Assembly: GCA_030704615.1 (NCBI GenBank)
Contig: CM060731.1
Coordinates: 54,808,001 to 54,872,000, forward strand
DNA from: Takakia lepidozioides
Taxonomy: Eukaryota > Plantae > Bryophyta
Direction of reading: 5' to 3'
Length of the DNA stretch: 64,000 nt
The notes under the pieces are model-generated. The model was not told where the DNA came from, did no database searches, and was given only the letters and a program-made list of their open reading frames with translations. Both the position numbers and the translations under genes were made by a program. Positions 26,461 to 40,595 of the stretch are shown piece by piece (position 1 is the stretch's first letter; every line of letters starts with the position of its first letter).

Positions 26461-29400
26461 GTGTGAGCGTAACATTGTTTGATTTGTTGACAGCTTCAAC
26501 ACAAGCTTTGTTGAAAGTTGACACATAGTGCATCTCATTGGAACTTTTTACAAGGGCAGGTTTGGGAATGCCATAGAGCTATGTGAAATCATCATTAGTT
26601 TCAACCTGGTTATGTGGCTTTCGAAGGTGTTTCTACACCAAAAACATTCTTATTTTGTTGCGAGGCACTCTTAGCCTAACGGCCTTGCCTCTGATGTTCA
26701 ATAATGTTGTTCTACTTAGCAAGATGCCTTGTGGATGCGAAATTACTTGTACTCCCCAGTCTTTTATTTGCAAGCCCTTATAAGACATTCACTGATGCAT
26801 TGAGAATGACATGATGACAGAACATAGGATGCAGATAGTAGATACCTGTTCGCATAGCTGGTCCATATCAGTTGGAGTCTGAATAATGTGGCATGATATA
26901 CCCTTGGTAAATAGGGTATCCAGAAACACTCCCTCCATGCGCGCTACCTTCAAGCTCCTCTCCTTCTGTTACCACTCTTAACTGTCTCTCACTCTCAATC
27001 TTGATAGCCACTCTCACTTTCGATAGCTGGAGTGCAGGATGTCTCTCGATCGATGGTTGGTTGCCCACCGTGCCACATTTCTCTCTCTCGCGTGGGCCCT
27101 TCCAGGTTGAACAACATGCATTTGTCACATTCCTATGTGCCATGTACCATGCATGTCACTTCACCTGCTCCCATCACATCTACTTTTATGTTCTGTGCAA
27201 TACAATGATTTTGTAGTACATCAAATCCATGCCCTGCTTGAGCCCTCCATCGCTGTTAACCGCGCGCACCCACGGTCGACTGCGACAAACTTCACCCGTT
27301 GTTCTATGGGGTCTTGGCCTCTGACAGTATAGAAGGCACGCACGCCAGGCAGCAAGCGGACAGAGCACGTAGGGATATACATATAACGTCCTGCGTTTTG
27401 GCAGGCATCTGGTCACTAGAGAGCCGGGTGCCTGCATAGTGAGCTCCTCTCAAATTTACTGGAATGGAAGCTTTCACGGGTCTTCAATACGTGAATTCAC
27501 CTGTGTTTACATGATTTATGGTTCGAAGCTTCCTAACAGTAACCGGGCTCAGAGTGCATGAAATCGTGACCTCATTTCTGGTCGCTTGCAAGGCCATGAA
27601 AGACAACAGAAGGACTACCTAGCCTAGGTGGAGTCTGGGCTCAAAAGCTTATCTGCACCAAAGCTTGAGTCCAAAAAGCACAGCAGACTTCAGTGCAAAA
27701 GCGTCCAAGTTCGAGCGGGAATACTGCAGTATTGATTTGTAATGAATCGCATTTATTTTAGCGAGCTACCCTAATAGTAGCTGTAGCCTTGTAGGGAGCC
27801 TTTCAGTGACAGCAAGACAAGAACATGAGTTAAACTGGTGGAATCATTCAAAGTTATAACATAATGATGGTATTTCACCCTACGATTGAATGTTGCGTAT
27901 TCAATAATGTGAAGAAAAGCTTCTTATTCGTATCTGAGTAATGAAGACTCAGGTCGGCGTTAAATCAGACATATCATTAGCATCTAACGGTGCATCGAAC
28001 TTCGATCGTGACTGTCAGCGTGGATACGTGGCTCAGAAGTAGCTGGAATCGTGGGAGGTGGATTCTATGGTGGTTTCTATGAAGAACACGCAGTTTAGAA
28101 GCATGTACAGCGATGGTGGCTCACCCGATGTATTTTCCACTTGCATAATACTTAAGCTTATATAAGTTAGCCAGAGTTACTCTATCTGTTGCAGACAGTA
28201 CCACATCTCAAAAGAAGGTCGAATATAAATGTATTTCATTTGGAATCTGCCATGATCTGGTCAGAGAAACGTCAAAATTTATTTGCCGAGAGGAAGGGCA
28301 TCGCCACAGGCATGGAATCCGAAAACACAGCTGGTAGGGACATTCAATACCTCTCTAAAAAGTGTCCACGCTGTGAAGGCACAAATGATTAAAAAAAAGT
28401 TACTAACATCGTGCACGGCTCCCAAGCCGCACCGGAGGACAATCTTCAACTACCAAAAGGACAGGACTGTAATAAGCCAAGTACGCAGAGGTAGAGACAT
28501 TTGTTGTCTGACAAGGACTGTTCACTGCAAAATGCACTTCCTTGCTAGCTGCACACAGTGGTGGGCTTTTACGCAGGTCTATTATTTAAGGCTGTGGCCT
28601 GCAGAACTTTTGGGTTCATAACTAGTTCCTAGATATTACAGTTCGAAAAATTAACCTGGTTGTTATCTTCAATCATATGATAGGTCGGACTTAACCAGAA
28701 CCTTCTGTTGAGAATTTGGAGGTAGCTTAGTCGATACGTGGAGTCGAGTGTAGAGAAATGGCATAGTAGGTCTGCCGTCTCACGCTGTGAAAGTTGTACT
28801 TAAGTTCGGTCTACGTTTCACAAGTCACACCCAGATGGAGCTTTGCTTCTACAAGTGTGGAACTAGAGCACACATCTAGAAGCTTCTTTCTGGGCTTCAA
28901 CGTGCTTGACTCTCTTATATCACAAAGTTCTGCGAACAAGCGCAAGTAGCAATAGTAAGCCCAGCGCCAAATGAAGACAGAAAGCGAGGCAGCCCAGCAG
29001 AGGTCGTTGTATAAACAGGGACTCCACACCTAATTCCAAGGAGAAGAGCCAAGTGACGTCGCCGGACGGAGATGTACCGGAAGCAGTCGGTAGCGCGTAA
29101 CGGCACGTCTGCTAATGAGCGGTGGTTTATGAGGTCTCCGCGGCCGTGCGTCTGCGCGTCCTGCAGCGCCTGCCCATCACGGGCTTCCCAGCCTGCGCAG
29201 GTACTGTCGTAAAGGGTGGGTTGAGAAGCAGAGGACTGTGCAGGTACTGTGTTTTAGTGTGGTAGACAGAGATGTGCAACCAGCGAAGAGAGCTCGAGGC
29301 AGACATGCAAGTACTTCTCTGATGGATAGTGAGCTGAGAGTCCTGTGTGCGTGATTGGGAGTGAGCCGCACGTACTTGTGCGTGTGATTCATATCTATGC

Positions 29401-29930
29401 CCAAGCTCCAAGTATCTATTATCCTCCGCCTCACAACTGTCTTCTGCCTTACTTGGTACTTCCCTTCTCCTTTGGAAAGACTTATGAATTGAAGCATCTA
29501 CTACAGAGGCCGGAAGCTGGAACTACTCCCCTCCCTCGATTCCAACTGTCATAACTCTCCGTGATTTTCACCCTTGTTTGCATTCATTGATCGTCCTACG
29601 AGGTGAAGCACCACAGCTACCTGCAGACCTACACAGAGCAGACTTATGCCAACTCCAACACTTCAACAAACTGAAGTTCGCATGTGTAGTAAAGATGGAA
29701 ATGAACAGGGAATGATGACGCGAGTAATGCCAACACGAGATTCATGCACTCTGCAACCACCATCTCTGCCGCTGACTTGCCATCATTCACTCTCTCACAG
29801 CTGCCAAGTCTTTGCAAATTGCAACATTTGGATGGAAGTAAATAAATATTAATGCGCTGCTAAAATCGTCCAATCAAACATCTACTTCCCATTTCTCAAA
29901 CAAAAAGGAAATTGGAGGAATTGAGAAGGA

Positions 29931-30156
29931 ATTGTAGCTTAGATGGTTAAGTGCACTTTGTGCCACCCAGTTGATTCTGGGGTCAAATCTTGCTACTGAC
30001 GGGTGGTATATGGTTCCTGGGCGGTGTCCCTCATTCGCCTCCATGGCGCATAAATGAAAGAGGTTATTTTCTCCTCTCACTACTAAGGGGCCAAATTTGT
30101 GAGCTGGCGCTCCCAGGTGTTTCCCTTTTTTAATAAAAACAAACAAAAAAAAACAA
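29931..30156 (+). mobile_element. Diverged tRNA-derived SINE copy
   Basis: TAGCTTAGATGG A box, degenerate B box, GGCGCATAAATGAAAG...GGCGCTCCCAGG body, A-rich tail. Confidence 0.65.
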
Positions 30157-31678
30157 ATTATGTGGGTTGTTAAGAGCCATGAGAACATCTGGTCAATCAT
30201 CAAATGCAGTGATTGTTCAGCCAATTATTCTAGGATTTCTCAGAGCTAAGGAAAATATTTTCCTAGAGCTTTATGCCTTGAAACATGCATTTGGAGATTT
30301 GATATTTGGAGTTTGTTTGAGATTTTAGGCATTTTTTTGTAAAGTTTCTGGAATTTCGGCAGTTTTTCCTAAATTTGCACTTAATTATTAGGCAGATTCA
30401 TTTCTAATTATTTAGTGCCGGATCAGCCTTCCCACTACGGCAGACTTGTATGAAAACTTTGTGATACACCTGGTACCAGGACCAGACTGGTATGTAAAAA
30501 ACTTGATACCAGTCCAACACCGGTTGAAACTGATATATACTAGTTACTAACTAGTACTGGGGTAGACAGGCCTATGGCCATTCATCTAACGATGGCGGAA
30601 GATCTAACGGTGAATTTTTGTCGTTTTTACCCCGGATCAAATTGATAAGATGCCCCACATCTAGGGCATCCCAACACATTTGGAAGTGCCTGATTTCATG
30701 AAGTCCACACAAAGTTGTGGGGTTTCAAAGTTGAACCAATCAGAAAGCTTGTGTGAACGTTGGGCCCTATGACCAATCACATTTTTTGGGTGGGGTTCTA
30801 TCAAACAACTGTTTGCCAAGTGGCAAGACTGAGCAGTCTTATGCGGCCTGACCCGAGCAGTTATGAGGTGACCGGTCATAGGTACTATAACGGTCATAGG
30901 ATGTTTTACCCTACTATACTACTGGTATGGACTCTAGCTATTTTTATGAATCCGGAATAAAAGGATGCCCAGAGGTTCATTCAAATAGAAACAGCTTCTG
31001 AGCAGTGTAGACAATTGAATCATATCTTCACTGACAATAGTTTCATTCTATGGACCCACTTCCTGGGAATTGGAGTCTTCTATTCCCAAGCACGCAGTGT
31101 AAGCAGCCTCCGACGTCTGTAGCCTGGGTTCCTCTATGATGACTGACAAGTATAATGATGCCCAGACTTTGGTAAACTAACCCTCATGTTCAGAAGAGCA
31201 TAGCAAGTCCGGCGAGAGAGTGACAGGCAGTGCTCAGATGAGTGGCAGGCACAACATATGCGTCTGCGCCACGAAGATGCTGTGTGTGTGAGGCAGGTGC
31301 CACACGTACCTACTCATTCTCACATATTCTCCCTGCTCTACTTTTCATCCCTCTACTCCCACTTTCATCTCACCCTCCTTACCCAACAAACACCAAAACA
31401 GAAACAGTAACCATCCACAACACACTCTTGAGCCCTACACCGTCGGTCTGCCTCATCAGTGTTTTCTGTTCAAATACTAAGTATTTCAATAGTTTGATGG
31501 AGGGAATACACTTTCACGGTTTACAAATAATAATAAATCACAATATCTCAAGAGACCCAAAGTTTATGCTTAAAATCTGGCAATGTATATATATATATAT
31601 GTATAGGAGATGATGTATGAGTGGCAGTCAAGTTAATTGGGTGGCAATTGCCCGAGCAATCGAGAAAAACACAGGCAC

Positions 31679-32804
31679 TAGGGAATTCCAAAAAGGCCTT
31701 GATGTGAAATGCACTTGATCACCCCCTTAAAAGTGCGCAATTCAATTGAACTGCTAAAACTAGCTTGAAAACAACCCTAATTTGCAATTCAATTGAATTG
31801 CTAGTTGGCAATTCACTTGAATTGCTGACTACAATTCAATTCAATTGTAATCTATAATTTTTAACTTATTTCTGTATATATTGTATATATATGTACATAT
31901 TTAAATTATACATATACACATACAAAAGTATAAGCTAAAAATGCATGTTGCCCGTCTATTCTTGCTGTCCTTTGCCCGTGGTAAGGTTTGAGCCCGAGAT
32001 AAGCCTAAGGGAGAGGGAGAGAGTGAGAGGAAGTCACGAAGCGCTTGTAAAAGCAGGATTGTCCCTATTTGTGGATGTTGGTGCGCCAATATATGGATAT
32101 GTACATATACCAAATATGATACCAATGTAAGAGTATCAACGTGTAAGAGTTTGATATATTAAACTTACATGGAACACACATCCCAACTTCAACATGATAC
32201 CTTTGTAAGGGTATCGAAACAATATTATTTTTTATAATTCTCAAGATGAACATATCATTTGTTTTCTTTGTCCTGGGCCAGATACTTACTAGTGTTAGAG
32301 GACTACATGATGATGCAGGGAAGCCTTTCATCAATTGTCAGGTTTGATTTTGTTTGTTTCTTTCAAAGCCAGCCATGTTTCTTTTGCCATTGAATCACAG
32401 GAAGGTTCTGATCTCTCTCCCTCTCTGGCTCTCCTTCTCTCGCTAAGGGTGGCTTCACAACTCCACAATTTCCTCCAGGGCACAAGAAAGAGGGGCAGCA
32501 AGAATAGACGGGCAACATTGTATTTTTAACTTATACTCTTATATATGTATAAGTATAATTTGAATATGTACATATACATATACATATTATATATTATATA
32601 CAGAAATAAGTTTAAAAAAAAGATTACAATTCAATTGATTTGCAAATTCACAATTCAATTGAATTGCAAATTACAGTTGTTTTCAAGCTAGTTTTAGCAG
32701 TTCAATTGAATTGCCCTTGTAATTCAATTGAATTGCGCACTTTTCGGGGGGTGATCAAGTGAATTGCGATGCATTTCACATCAAGGCCTTTTTGGAATTC
32801 TCTA
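31679..32804. mobile_element. Non-autonomous foldback/TIR element with ~300-bp inverted arms
   Basis: TAG(G/A)GAATTCCAAAAAGGCCTTGATGTGAAATGC at both ends. The inversion extends to ATGTTGCCCGTCTATTCTTGCTG (about 31946, versus 32498-32519), with internal CAATTCAATTG repeats. No exact TSD. Confidence 0.8.
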
Positions 32805-35800
32805 CACGCACCATGCGGCTCTCCTGTGAAAGCTGAGCACCATTTACCAATTTGTGACTACTTGCTTGACGCGTAAGAAGAAAAGAAAATAGGTGGCCCT
32901 TTATTCAACCGCGTTCCACTCAATACCATATAGTAAGGCTCAAAGCAAAAGATGTGGCGTCAAAATCTAGTGTGCCACAACAGGACCTCCATCAACTTCG
33001 GGATTCAATAGTAACATCTGTTGGTTGCGAGTGATAGTAAGGAGCGTGTGTTTGACTACGTAGAGCCAAAGCGAGTGATGAGGACGGGGCAGGGAGCGAG
33101 GGAGGCAAGAAGAGGACACGTCCATTCTCCTGAATTCATGATGTCTACGTTACCAAACCGGATGATTCTGTTCTCCATCCCGTTGCTTCTGTTCGTTGCC
33201 GGAGAATAGGAACGTTGGAGAATGGATGAATGCATGACAGTCGCTGGGCAAAGCTACGCGACAACAGCCGGCTTTCCATCCACAGGGCCCGCCCGGGCAT
33301 CTCGAGGGTCAGAACTGGTCCCACCCCCGGTATTATCGCTGAACCACCTGGCTTTTTCAGGCTGGACCTGTCAGTAGCCTTTCTGTCAGGAGCGAGAAAA
33401 GGAATGGATAGTTTCCATCCGAAAATAGGTGATACTTCATCCATCCATGCTCACATTTGGTAACAGAGTTGGTTTAGTAATAGAGTTGGTTTGGTTAGGT
33501 TGGAGTATTTAAAAGTCGTGAATGAAGAGAGGTGAAGGATGATATTTATTAGTTTCCTGAGACACTCATAACAATCTTCATCCGAAAGGATTGTAACAGC
33601 ATATCCCTTCGGATGAGAGCATGGCACGTTCGTTCGAATAGATGGAGGAGCGACGCACGCACGGATGAGGTGATGGATGGATGATGGACAGAAGAGGGGC
33701 AGAGATGGATGAGAGAGACAGCATCGATCCGCGTGACGGTAGCGTGATGAGAGGGCGCAGGATCCAGAGGGGGTGGCAGGAGTGCTGAACTGAAGCGATG
33801 GACTGGGGCAGCTTTTTCTTGGGCCGCGAGACGAAGCTCCTCGCTTTCCGTGAGGGTGTCGGTCGCTGGCTACAGCCTTCAACTCCTTTCTTCACTTTTC
33901 GCAACATATCCGCTTGCAGAATCTTGAGGAGGAGCAAGTGTTGGCAGCTTGGGATGTTTTAAGTAATCGGTGGGCTCGGCAGAATTAAGAGAGAGAGACT
34001 ATGGTGGATGAAGAAGGCCCTACATCTGTGGTATCAGAACGCCATCTCCAAGGAGAAGGACACCCCACAACTCCATGGACGCTACAAGTTTGGGTAGGAG
34101 ACCCCATTAGCATTTCCCTGGAAAGAGGACCTTACACCTACATGGCAGTTGGGGGGTCCTATTGCAGTCCGGCACTATGATTAGCAGTGTGATGGTGAAA
34201 TCCATCGATATTGGAAGGGCATGTGGCCGTTCTACGGTCTATAAAGTATACATGAGCTGCTTGTTGTGAGCACTACAACATTATCTGGTATGCTATCACG
34301 CCTGAGGGCTGGAAACCTGTGGTACATACGCATTTGGCGGCCTCTGCCGTGACCACTAACTTTAGATCGGAGTATTAAAGGCTTTACCATAATGAAAATG
34401 TTTTTAGTCAGGAGTTGAGTGGATAAATCTACTCCTGTTCTGACAACTCCAGGGAACTTTACTTAATGGTACTGCTAATAAGTGAATTTTTGCACTTGCA
34501 TGCGGAACTCTGGCACCGCGGCTTCTGGACAATACATTCTAAGCGCCGGCACCGTATTCAGTACTCCATAAAGTGCTCGATTGTACCCAGGTTTTATTCC
34601 CGCGATCCATAATTTCAAGTATTGTAATGTGATGAATGTAAGGGGCAGATGTAGGCCGCTGGCCAGCCAGTGAGTTTTGCGACCTCTGCTTTATAGATTC
34701 ACTGCACGACCTCCATCAACTCGTGCTGCTCCAATGTAAATATCTACTTAGCCTGGCGAGTCGGTGACCATGAAGCAACTGCACACTAATGTAATCCTTC
34801 GATGGTGAGGCGTGTACATCTTTAACCCTGTGGATTCCGGGTCGATGTAATGTAGGCTGATAAATGCACAAGGGAACGCGAGTCGAGAGAAAAGCGTAAT
34901 CACACAAAAAGAGAGTAAATTTTGTCAGCACACGCGCGCCGGAAAATAACCTGCGTCTCAACAGTTGTGTTGAAAAGTAGCTTTGAGAATCGCGTATGTA
35001 TTATTGTCAGCGCTGCCACTACATATAGCAGGAGAAAGTAATTGACAGTGACATAAGCTAGGAACTATGGATAGTGTCTCCATAGACCCGTGACAGCTAT
35101 TCGCTGGTGGTGTTAGCTACTACATAGCTCGGCACATTTTAACTGGCACTTTTTACGGAGGGCTGCGAATAAACTTTTTCGCCTAATCGATAACGTAACT
35201 CGGAAGCCCTTGACTACTCACTGCCCGCATCTGCAGATAGATGCCCAATATGTTCCACCAGAATTACAACTGTCATCTACAGGCAAATGCTACGTGGGCT
35301 CCAATGTTTTATAATCAGGCATAGAATATGTTAGCATGCTGAGGTCGATCGTAACTTGGATATTATGAACTCAAAAGGCGTACTGTTCTACAATAGTTTT
35401 TGATTGGCGATGATCGTGTGTGTTTTAGATGCGTATATAGCTCCTCAAGACACAGGAGGCGGGAGAGGATCTGTCCGGGGCAAAAAAGTTAGCGGCAGGG
35501 GCCGATTTTGTCGTTACCGAGGTAAAGTAGTTACTATACCTGGGCAAATCCAATCCGAGAGCAAGCACTAAGACTCAACAACCTAGGGGCTTCACAGGCA
35601 CGGTAATAGGGCCCGGAGTGAAATGCTCTCAGGTAAGGGAGATTACTATTGAGCATGACGTCAGCTGATAAAATCTCTGAGAACTTCTGGCAATCACCTG
35701 GGCTGGCAGCAGCCAGCTAACAGGACTGCTCTATATGAGGACTTTGCTCAAGGAGCACCTAATCTAGAGCAAAGTTTAGAAATTGGCCTCCTGACTTGTG

Positions 35801-37485
35801 GCTTGCTATCTTTCCTCCCTACAGGTGACATGGAGTCAATTCACCCCAAAACTTCCTGCTAGGAAAACTAGAAAGGTTTCTAGTATCTACAAGGATCAAG
35901 ACTTTGTAATGGTGTGAGCTTGTCGACTTCTTTCTGAATCCAATTGGTGAGAACCAGAGCCCCACAAACTGACGGGGAGAGAAGCCCTTGCAATCTAGTG
36001 CGCCCCTTATTAATCTACAGCAGACTTGGGTGTTGCTTTGAGAAGTGTAACCTGCAAGACGAAAAGCTGAAGGCCATAAATGCACGGAGATAGAGTGTGT
36101 CAGGGTATGTCTGGAGCGAGTCAATGTGTCGGGAGTGGGACGGGGTGGGCCCGCCCCGCACTTTTGAGTTTGAATGCCAACCACTAAACTTGTGTCACAA
36201 CCCTACTTACTCTCGCTCATCGATGCACTAATCGCACTCATCACTTCACTAATCTCACTGCTCTGTCAGCGCTGATTCATTTTGTAGTTACACGACCGGA
36301 AATACCGGTGGCACAGTCGGTGAGCGCCGGTTAGCACCACGCTTCTATCGTCAGGCCCGTTGATGAGGTAAGCAGCGACCGGTAGATGTTAGGTTCCACA
36401 GGGTGTAGCCGGTGCTGAGACGGGTGGCTAAATGCAGTGATCCTGCAGGGCGTGCTCGAGGTGCTGCGTTTGGGAGTCGTCTCGTTCTCTCGCTGCTCTG
36501 CGCCACTCGCTCTCTTTCTCTGCGGGTTGTCTCTCGGTGAGCTGGGTTTGCTCTCTTTCCGTCTTCTGTAGCACGTGAAGCCTGGGCACCCTTTCAAATC
36601 CAATTCAGATCTTACTCTCCCGGCATTACGCGTGCGTGCTGGTTGTGCATTCCCTCTTTCTAATCTGCAGTTACCGCTTCTCTCCTTAATCTGCAACACT
36701 CTCTGGTGTCTGCCTTGTGCGGTTTTACAGTTGTGGAGTCCTTTCTCTTCGTTAGGTCCACTAACTCTACTTCTGGTTTCGAGGATGTAGATCACATTCT
36801 GCCTTCTTCCTCTTTACTCTCTCTCCTCTCTCTCGAGCTTGAACATCAGTTCCAAGCTCCGGTATTGCTCTCAACATCTTGTGGATAGATATTACCTTAC
36901 CTTGATGTTTTCCTCCTTAGACGGTATTCTCTAGCTGAGTTGCAGGCTTCTCCGGTTAGCAGTAAGGAAGATTTGTACCTCTACCAGTTTCCACAAAAGT
37001 CTTCTTGCTGCGCAGTTCCCGTTCTAGCAGTAGCCATAGTCCTGAATCAGTAGTCAGGTCGAGTGTATGTACTCTTGAAGTCCTCATCGCCTATTCAGGG
37101 TCTAACAGCGGCATCGTCTGAAGAAATTCGTTGACCATCTCTTGCCCTGCCGTTGCGGGCTCTCTGCTTAAGATGAGTGCGACTCCTGCCGGCCTTTACG
37201 GTCTGGAGCGGAAGTTCTGTAACGAGCTTGACGGAATAGTATAGCGCTGTCAGTAGGTCTCTTTCGGTTTTCTCAGTATGCCGAGGTTCTGCGTACCTGA
37301 GGATTGAATCAGGTTTCGATATAGCGCCTCTTGCTGACCTTCATGAGCTATTGTCAATCGTACTAGAAGAGGTCATTCCTATAGAGATATCAAAAAAGGT
37401 GTTCTCAAGGAGCCAGTCGCTTGAAGTTGCAACCAAGATCTTCCGTTTAATTCTAAGGTCTCACAAAGGCTTCATTGAGGGAGTC

Positions 37486-39338
37486 ATGTCTCTGTCTTTC
37501 GATACCGCGGAGGCAGGGAGCCTGCTTACGTACGACTGTCACCGAGCCGTGCCCGCTCCCTTTCTCACCAAAACCTATCATCTGGTGGACGATCCAGCCA
37601 CAAACGATATTGTTTCGTGGGGAGAGGACCAGACCACATTTGTTGTATGGCGGCCACCGGAGTTTGCAAGGGATCTACTGCCTAATTACTTCAAACACAA
37701 CAACTTCTCCAGTTTTGTCCGGCAGCTCAACACCTACGTGAGTCCATAATATTTGAACGACAGATTCAAGAGTGTTTGGACTTCGTAATGTACGTGACAG
37801 TCCCTGTATATAGATTGTAGTTCATAGTTAGCGGATCTTGTTCTCAAATGACCAGTCTTTTGGCACGCTTCGTGCAGGGTTTCAGGAAAATTGTCCCTGA
37901 CCGCTGGGAATTTGCCAACGAGTTCTTCAGGCGAGGGGAGAAGCAACTTCTATGTGAGATCCACCGGCGGAAGACCTCACAACCAACCTCTGGTAATGCT
38001 TCACAGCCAAGCCGGTCGCATTCTCCATCAAACTCTGGCGAGGATCAGGGATGGTCCCCATTCTCGTCTCCATTATCTTCTCCACGAACAACGATCATTC
38101 CTAATACTGCGACTGTTCTTATGTCTGATGAGAATGAGAGGCTGAGGAGAGACAACAGTTTGCTACTTTCAGAGCTGTCTCGGATACGTCGCTTGTATGA
38201 CGATGTTGTTGTGATTCTCCAACAGCAATCAAAAACTTCTTTTCAGGATGCGGGCTCCTTGAGCAGGTATGGCTTCTATAGTAAGAGATGAGACGAAAGC
38301 ACTTGCTATGCTGGGAGATGCATGTCACTTTTCCAGGACTGTACATTGTTCATATTTCTTGCAGATGGTGGCCATCCTAACTGTAACCAGTTGAAAATTG
38401 AGTGTGTTATAAACAAACAGGCTCATACTTGTAACTGTTCGCAAACACTACTTCTAGAAGCTTACTCTACCCCAGGAAATGTTTCAAACAATACTCTGTA
38501 GTTGTCTCCATTCATATACTAAATTTGCACACACACACACGGATCCTGGACCCTTCTTAATTTCACGTAGTGTACACCAGAGTGTGTTCAGAGTTGACTC
38601 GTGTTGCATTGCATTGTACCAAATAGATCTCTCAGAGGTGGACCACCTGGGCAACTGATCTTACAATGACCTGATTTCTACTGCACTACACACATGAGAC
38701 TAAGGACTTGACGTTTGTGGTTTAATTGCAGCAGGATCAAAGGCACTAGTTGCTCCCTGGGTGTGCCGATAGTGGAAGGACTATCAGCAAAGCTGGGGGA
38801 CTCCGTAGCTGACCAGCTTGAAGCTGCCGCAAGAAGGGAGGAGATCCGGGAGCTTTCACTCCAGGTGAAAACAAGAAAAGATTCAAATAGCGGGGCCATC
38901 CCTCTCTTAGAATCGTCCTACGCAGGGCTCCTTGCTCTGCAACCTCAGAGCATTGCCCACAGAGATTCAGCCACTCCTAAAGCCTCGACTCTCTCATTCT
39001 TGGATGGGAAGCTTCGGGAGATGGCTTCGAATGCCAGCAGAGCTTCAGTCATGGATGAGGTTAAGAGTCCACCAAAACTTTTCGGGGTTCATCTGCACGG
39101 GAAGGAGCTTCGTCAACCTGGGAGTTGGGATAATCTCGACCTTAGCAGAAAACGGCTTCGCTCGGATTCTTGGGATGTCCTAGAGCAACCTGTTAATCCA
39201 AGAAACGAATCAAATATCGCGAGGCTTCCACCTTCAAAGTGTGTCAAGACAGAGTTAGCGTTAGAGTTGATACCCACATCTGCAGAGGCACCTTGGCTGC
39301 GAATTTGTGCTGCCCGGGATGAAAGAGTGTACATTTGA
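37486..39338 (+). CDS. HSFB4: Heat shock transcription factor class B (HsfB4/SCHIZORIZA-like); join(37486..37737,37878..38266,38732 or 38735..39338)
   Basis: DNA-binding domain PAPFLTKTY...[16 protein letters not shown]|[17 protein letters not shown] with the conserved intron; compact HR-A/B ([16 protein letters not shown]); class-B repressor motif KLFGV; RKR NLS-like sequence. The subclass rests on remembered similarity to HsfB4. Confidence 0.9.
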
Positions 39339-40595
39339 GGGCATCGAGTCAGAGAAGATCTATCTGTCTCCCAAGGCCAAGAGTAAGAGAGGACTAGTTG
39401 GCTGATCCATTTGGAGGTCCAAACAGAAGTTAGCCGGTTGTTAATTGTCATTGTAAGGGGTCATTGCCCCGGGTAAGACGGCCATACCCACATTGTAAAA
39501 ATGTGAACACCAAGGGAAAGATGTAACTTAGATCCAGATATTTTGTAGTCTCTTGCAGACGGTCCTTTTGATGGGTATAAATTGTATGAATGGAAATGAG
39601 GAAATGTTGTCTTGGAGCCCTTGCAAATTGGTAAACTTTATAACACACGAACTGATAAACCTAAGAACATCTCAACCAGCTAGTCTACTTAGGCCACAAA
39701 GATCCCAATTCGTAGTAGCACACGAAAGTATGAGCTTGAACTCAGTGCACAACCAATCTATAAGGCAGGCGTCCGCGTAAACAAGCTCTCCAGAATATCC
39801 ACAAGCTCTCCAAAATATCCTTTGAATTGTTCTTCGTCTAATCACTTCAACAATTTCCTGTGGATCACTATATACAAGTTACTCCACTTGCAAAGTGCAG
39901 TCTTAAACACTAAGGATAGGAAGGAGGGTGAGTGAGCAAATGTTGCCATAGCACATTTTCCAGATCAGCTTCGATGACTTTTCCACCTTGCAGTGTAATA
40001 AGTTTGGCGAATGCTCCAAGGTCTGTCCAAGGTGTCAGAACGCTGGTTTAATCATCCTACAGATGGCTCAGTGATGAGAGCCAAGGCCATTGTGGCAGAC
40101 GCGGTCTCGTACGACGTCCTTGTTGGTGGGGCAGTGTTGTAACCCATGGGCTTCACCCTAGATTTTTGGGAGGAGCCAGCTTCCTATAGGCCTGGATGGC
40201 AGTCAAGGGAAAGCCGACGTGTGCAGCTCCCTGTGACGTTCATAGGAGGAGTTGCGGTTGCCCATCGAGGCAAGATGCCGACACTGGCAGCATTCACAGC
40301 TGCAGTGACTTGGCCTGGAGAGTTGTTGGATGGCAACACTCATTCAGAGGATGTGTCACCTCCGGGAGAGCAGGATGACATGTATGATATGGTGGAGTTG
40401 CCTGCCATGGTTGCTCACACTCCATTGTGGGGCTCGAGCAAGGATTTGCAACGGGTTGCTGATCGACAGGTGCAACAAGCCTGGGAAGAGGCTTTTGTAC
40501 CGTCAGGAGAGGAGGACAGTACGGGGATTGCACCAGGACCACCTCAGTTGTCACCATTGGACACCACACCGATCGTGTGGCAGTGTCCGGATGAA

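Noticed and set aside
30664-30970. Harbinger-like MITE (GGGCATCC...GGATGCCC)
   Set aside because: Only an 8-bp inverted match and no matching TSD.
26461-31600. Short ORFs or conserved MIRNA hairpins
   Set aside because: No recognisable domains, splice-consistent models or remembered conserved miRNA sequences.
35640-35900. Heat-shock elements upstream of the HsfB gene
   Set aside because: The GAA/TTC units lack the nGAAnnTTCn spacing.
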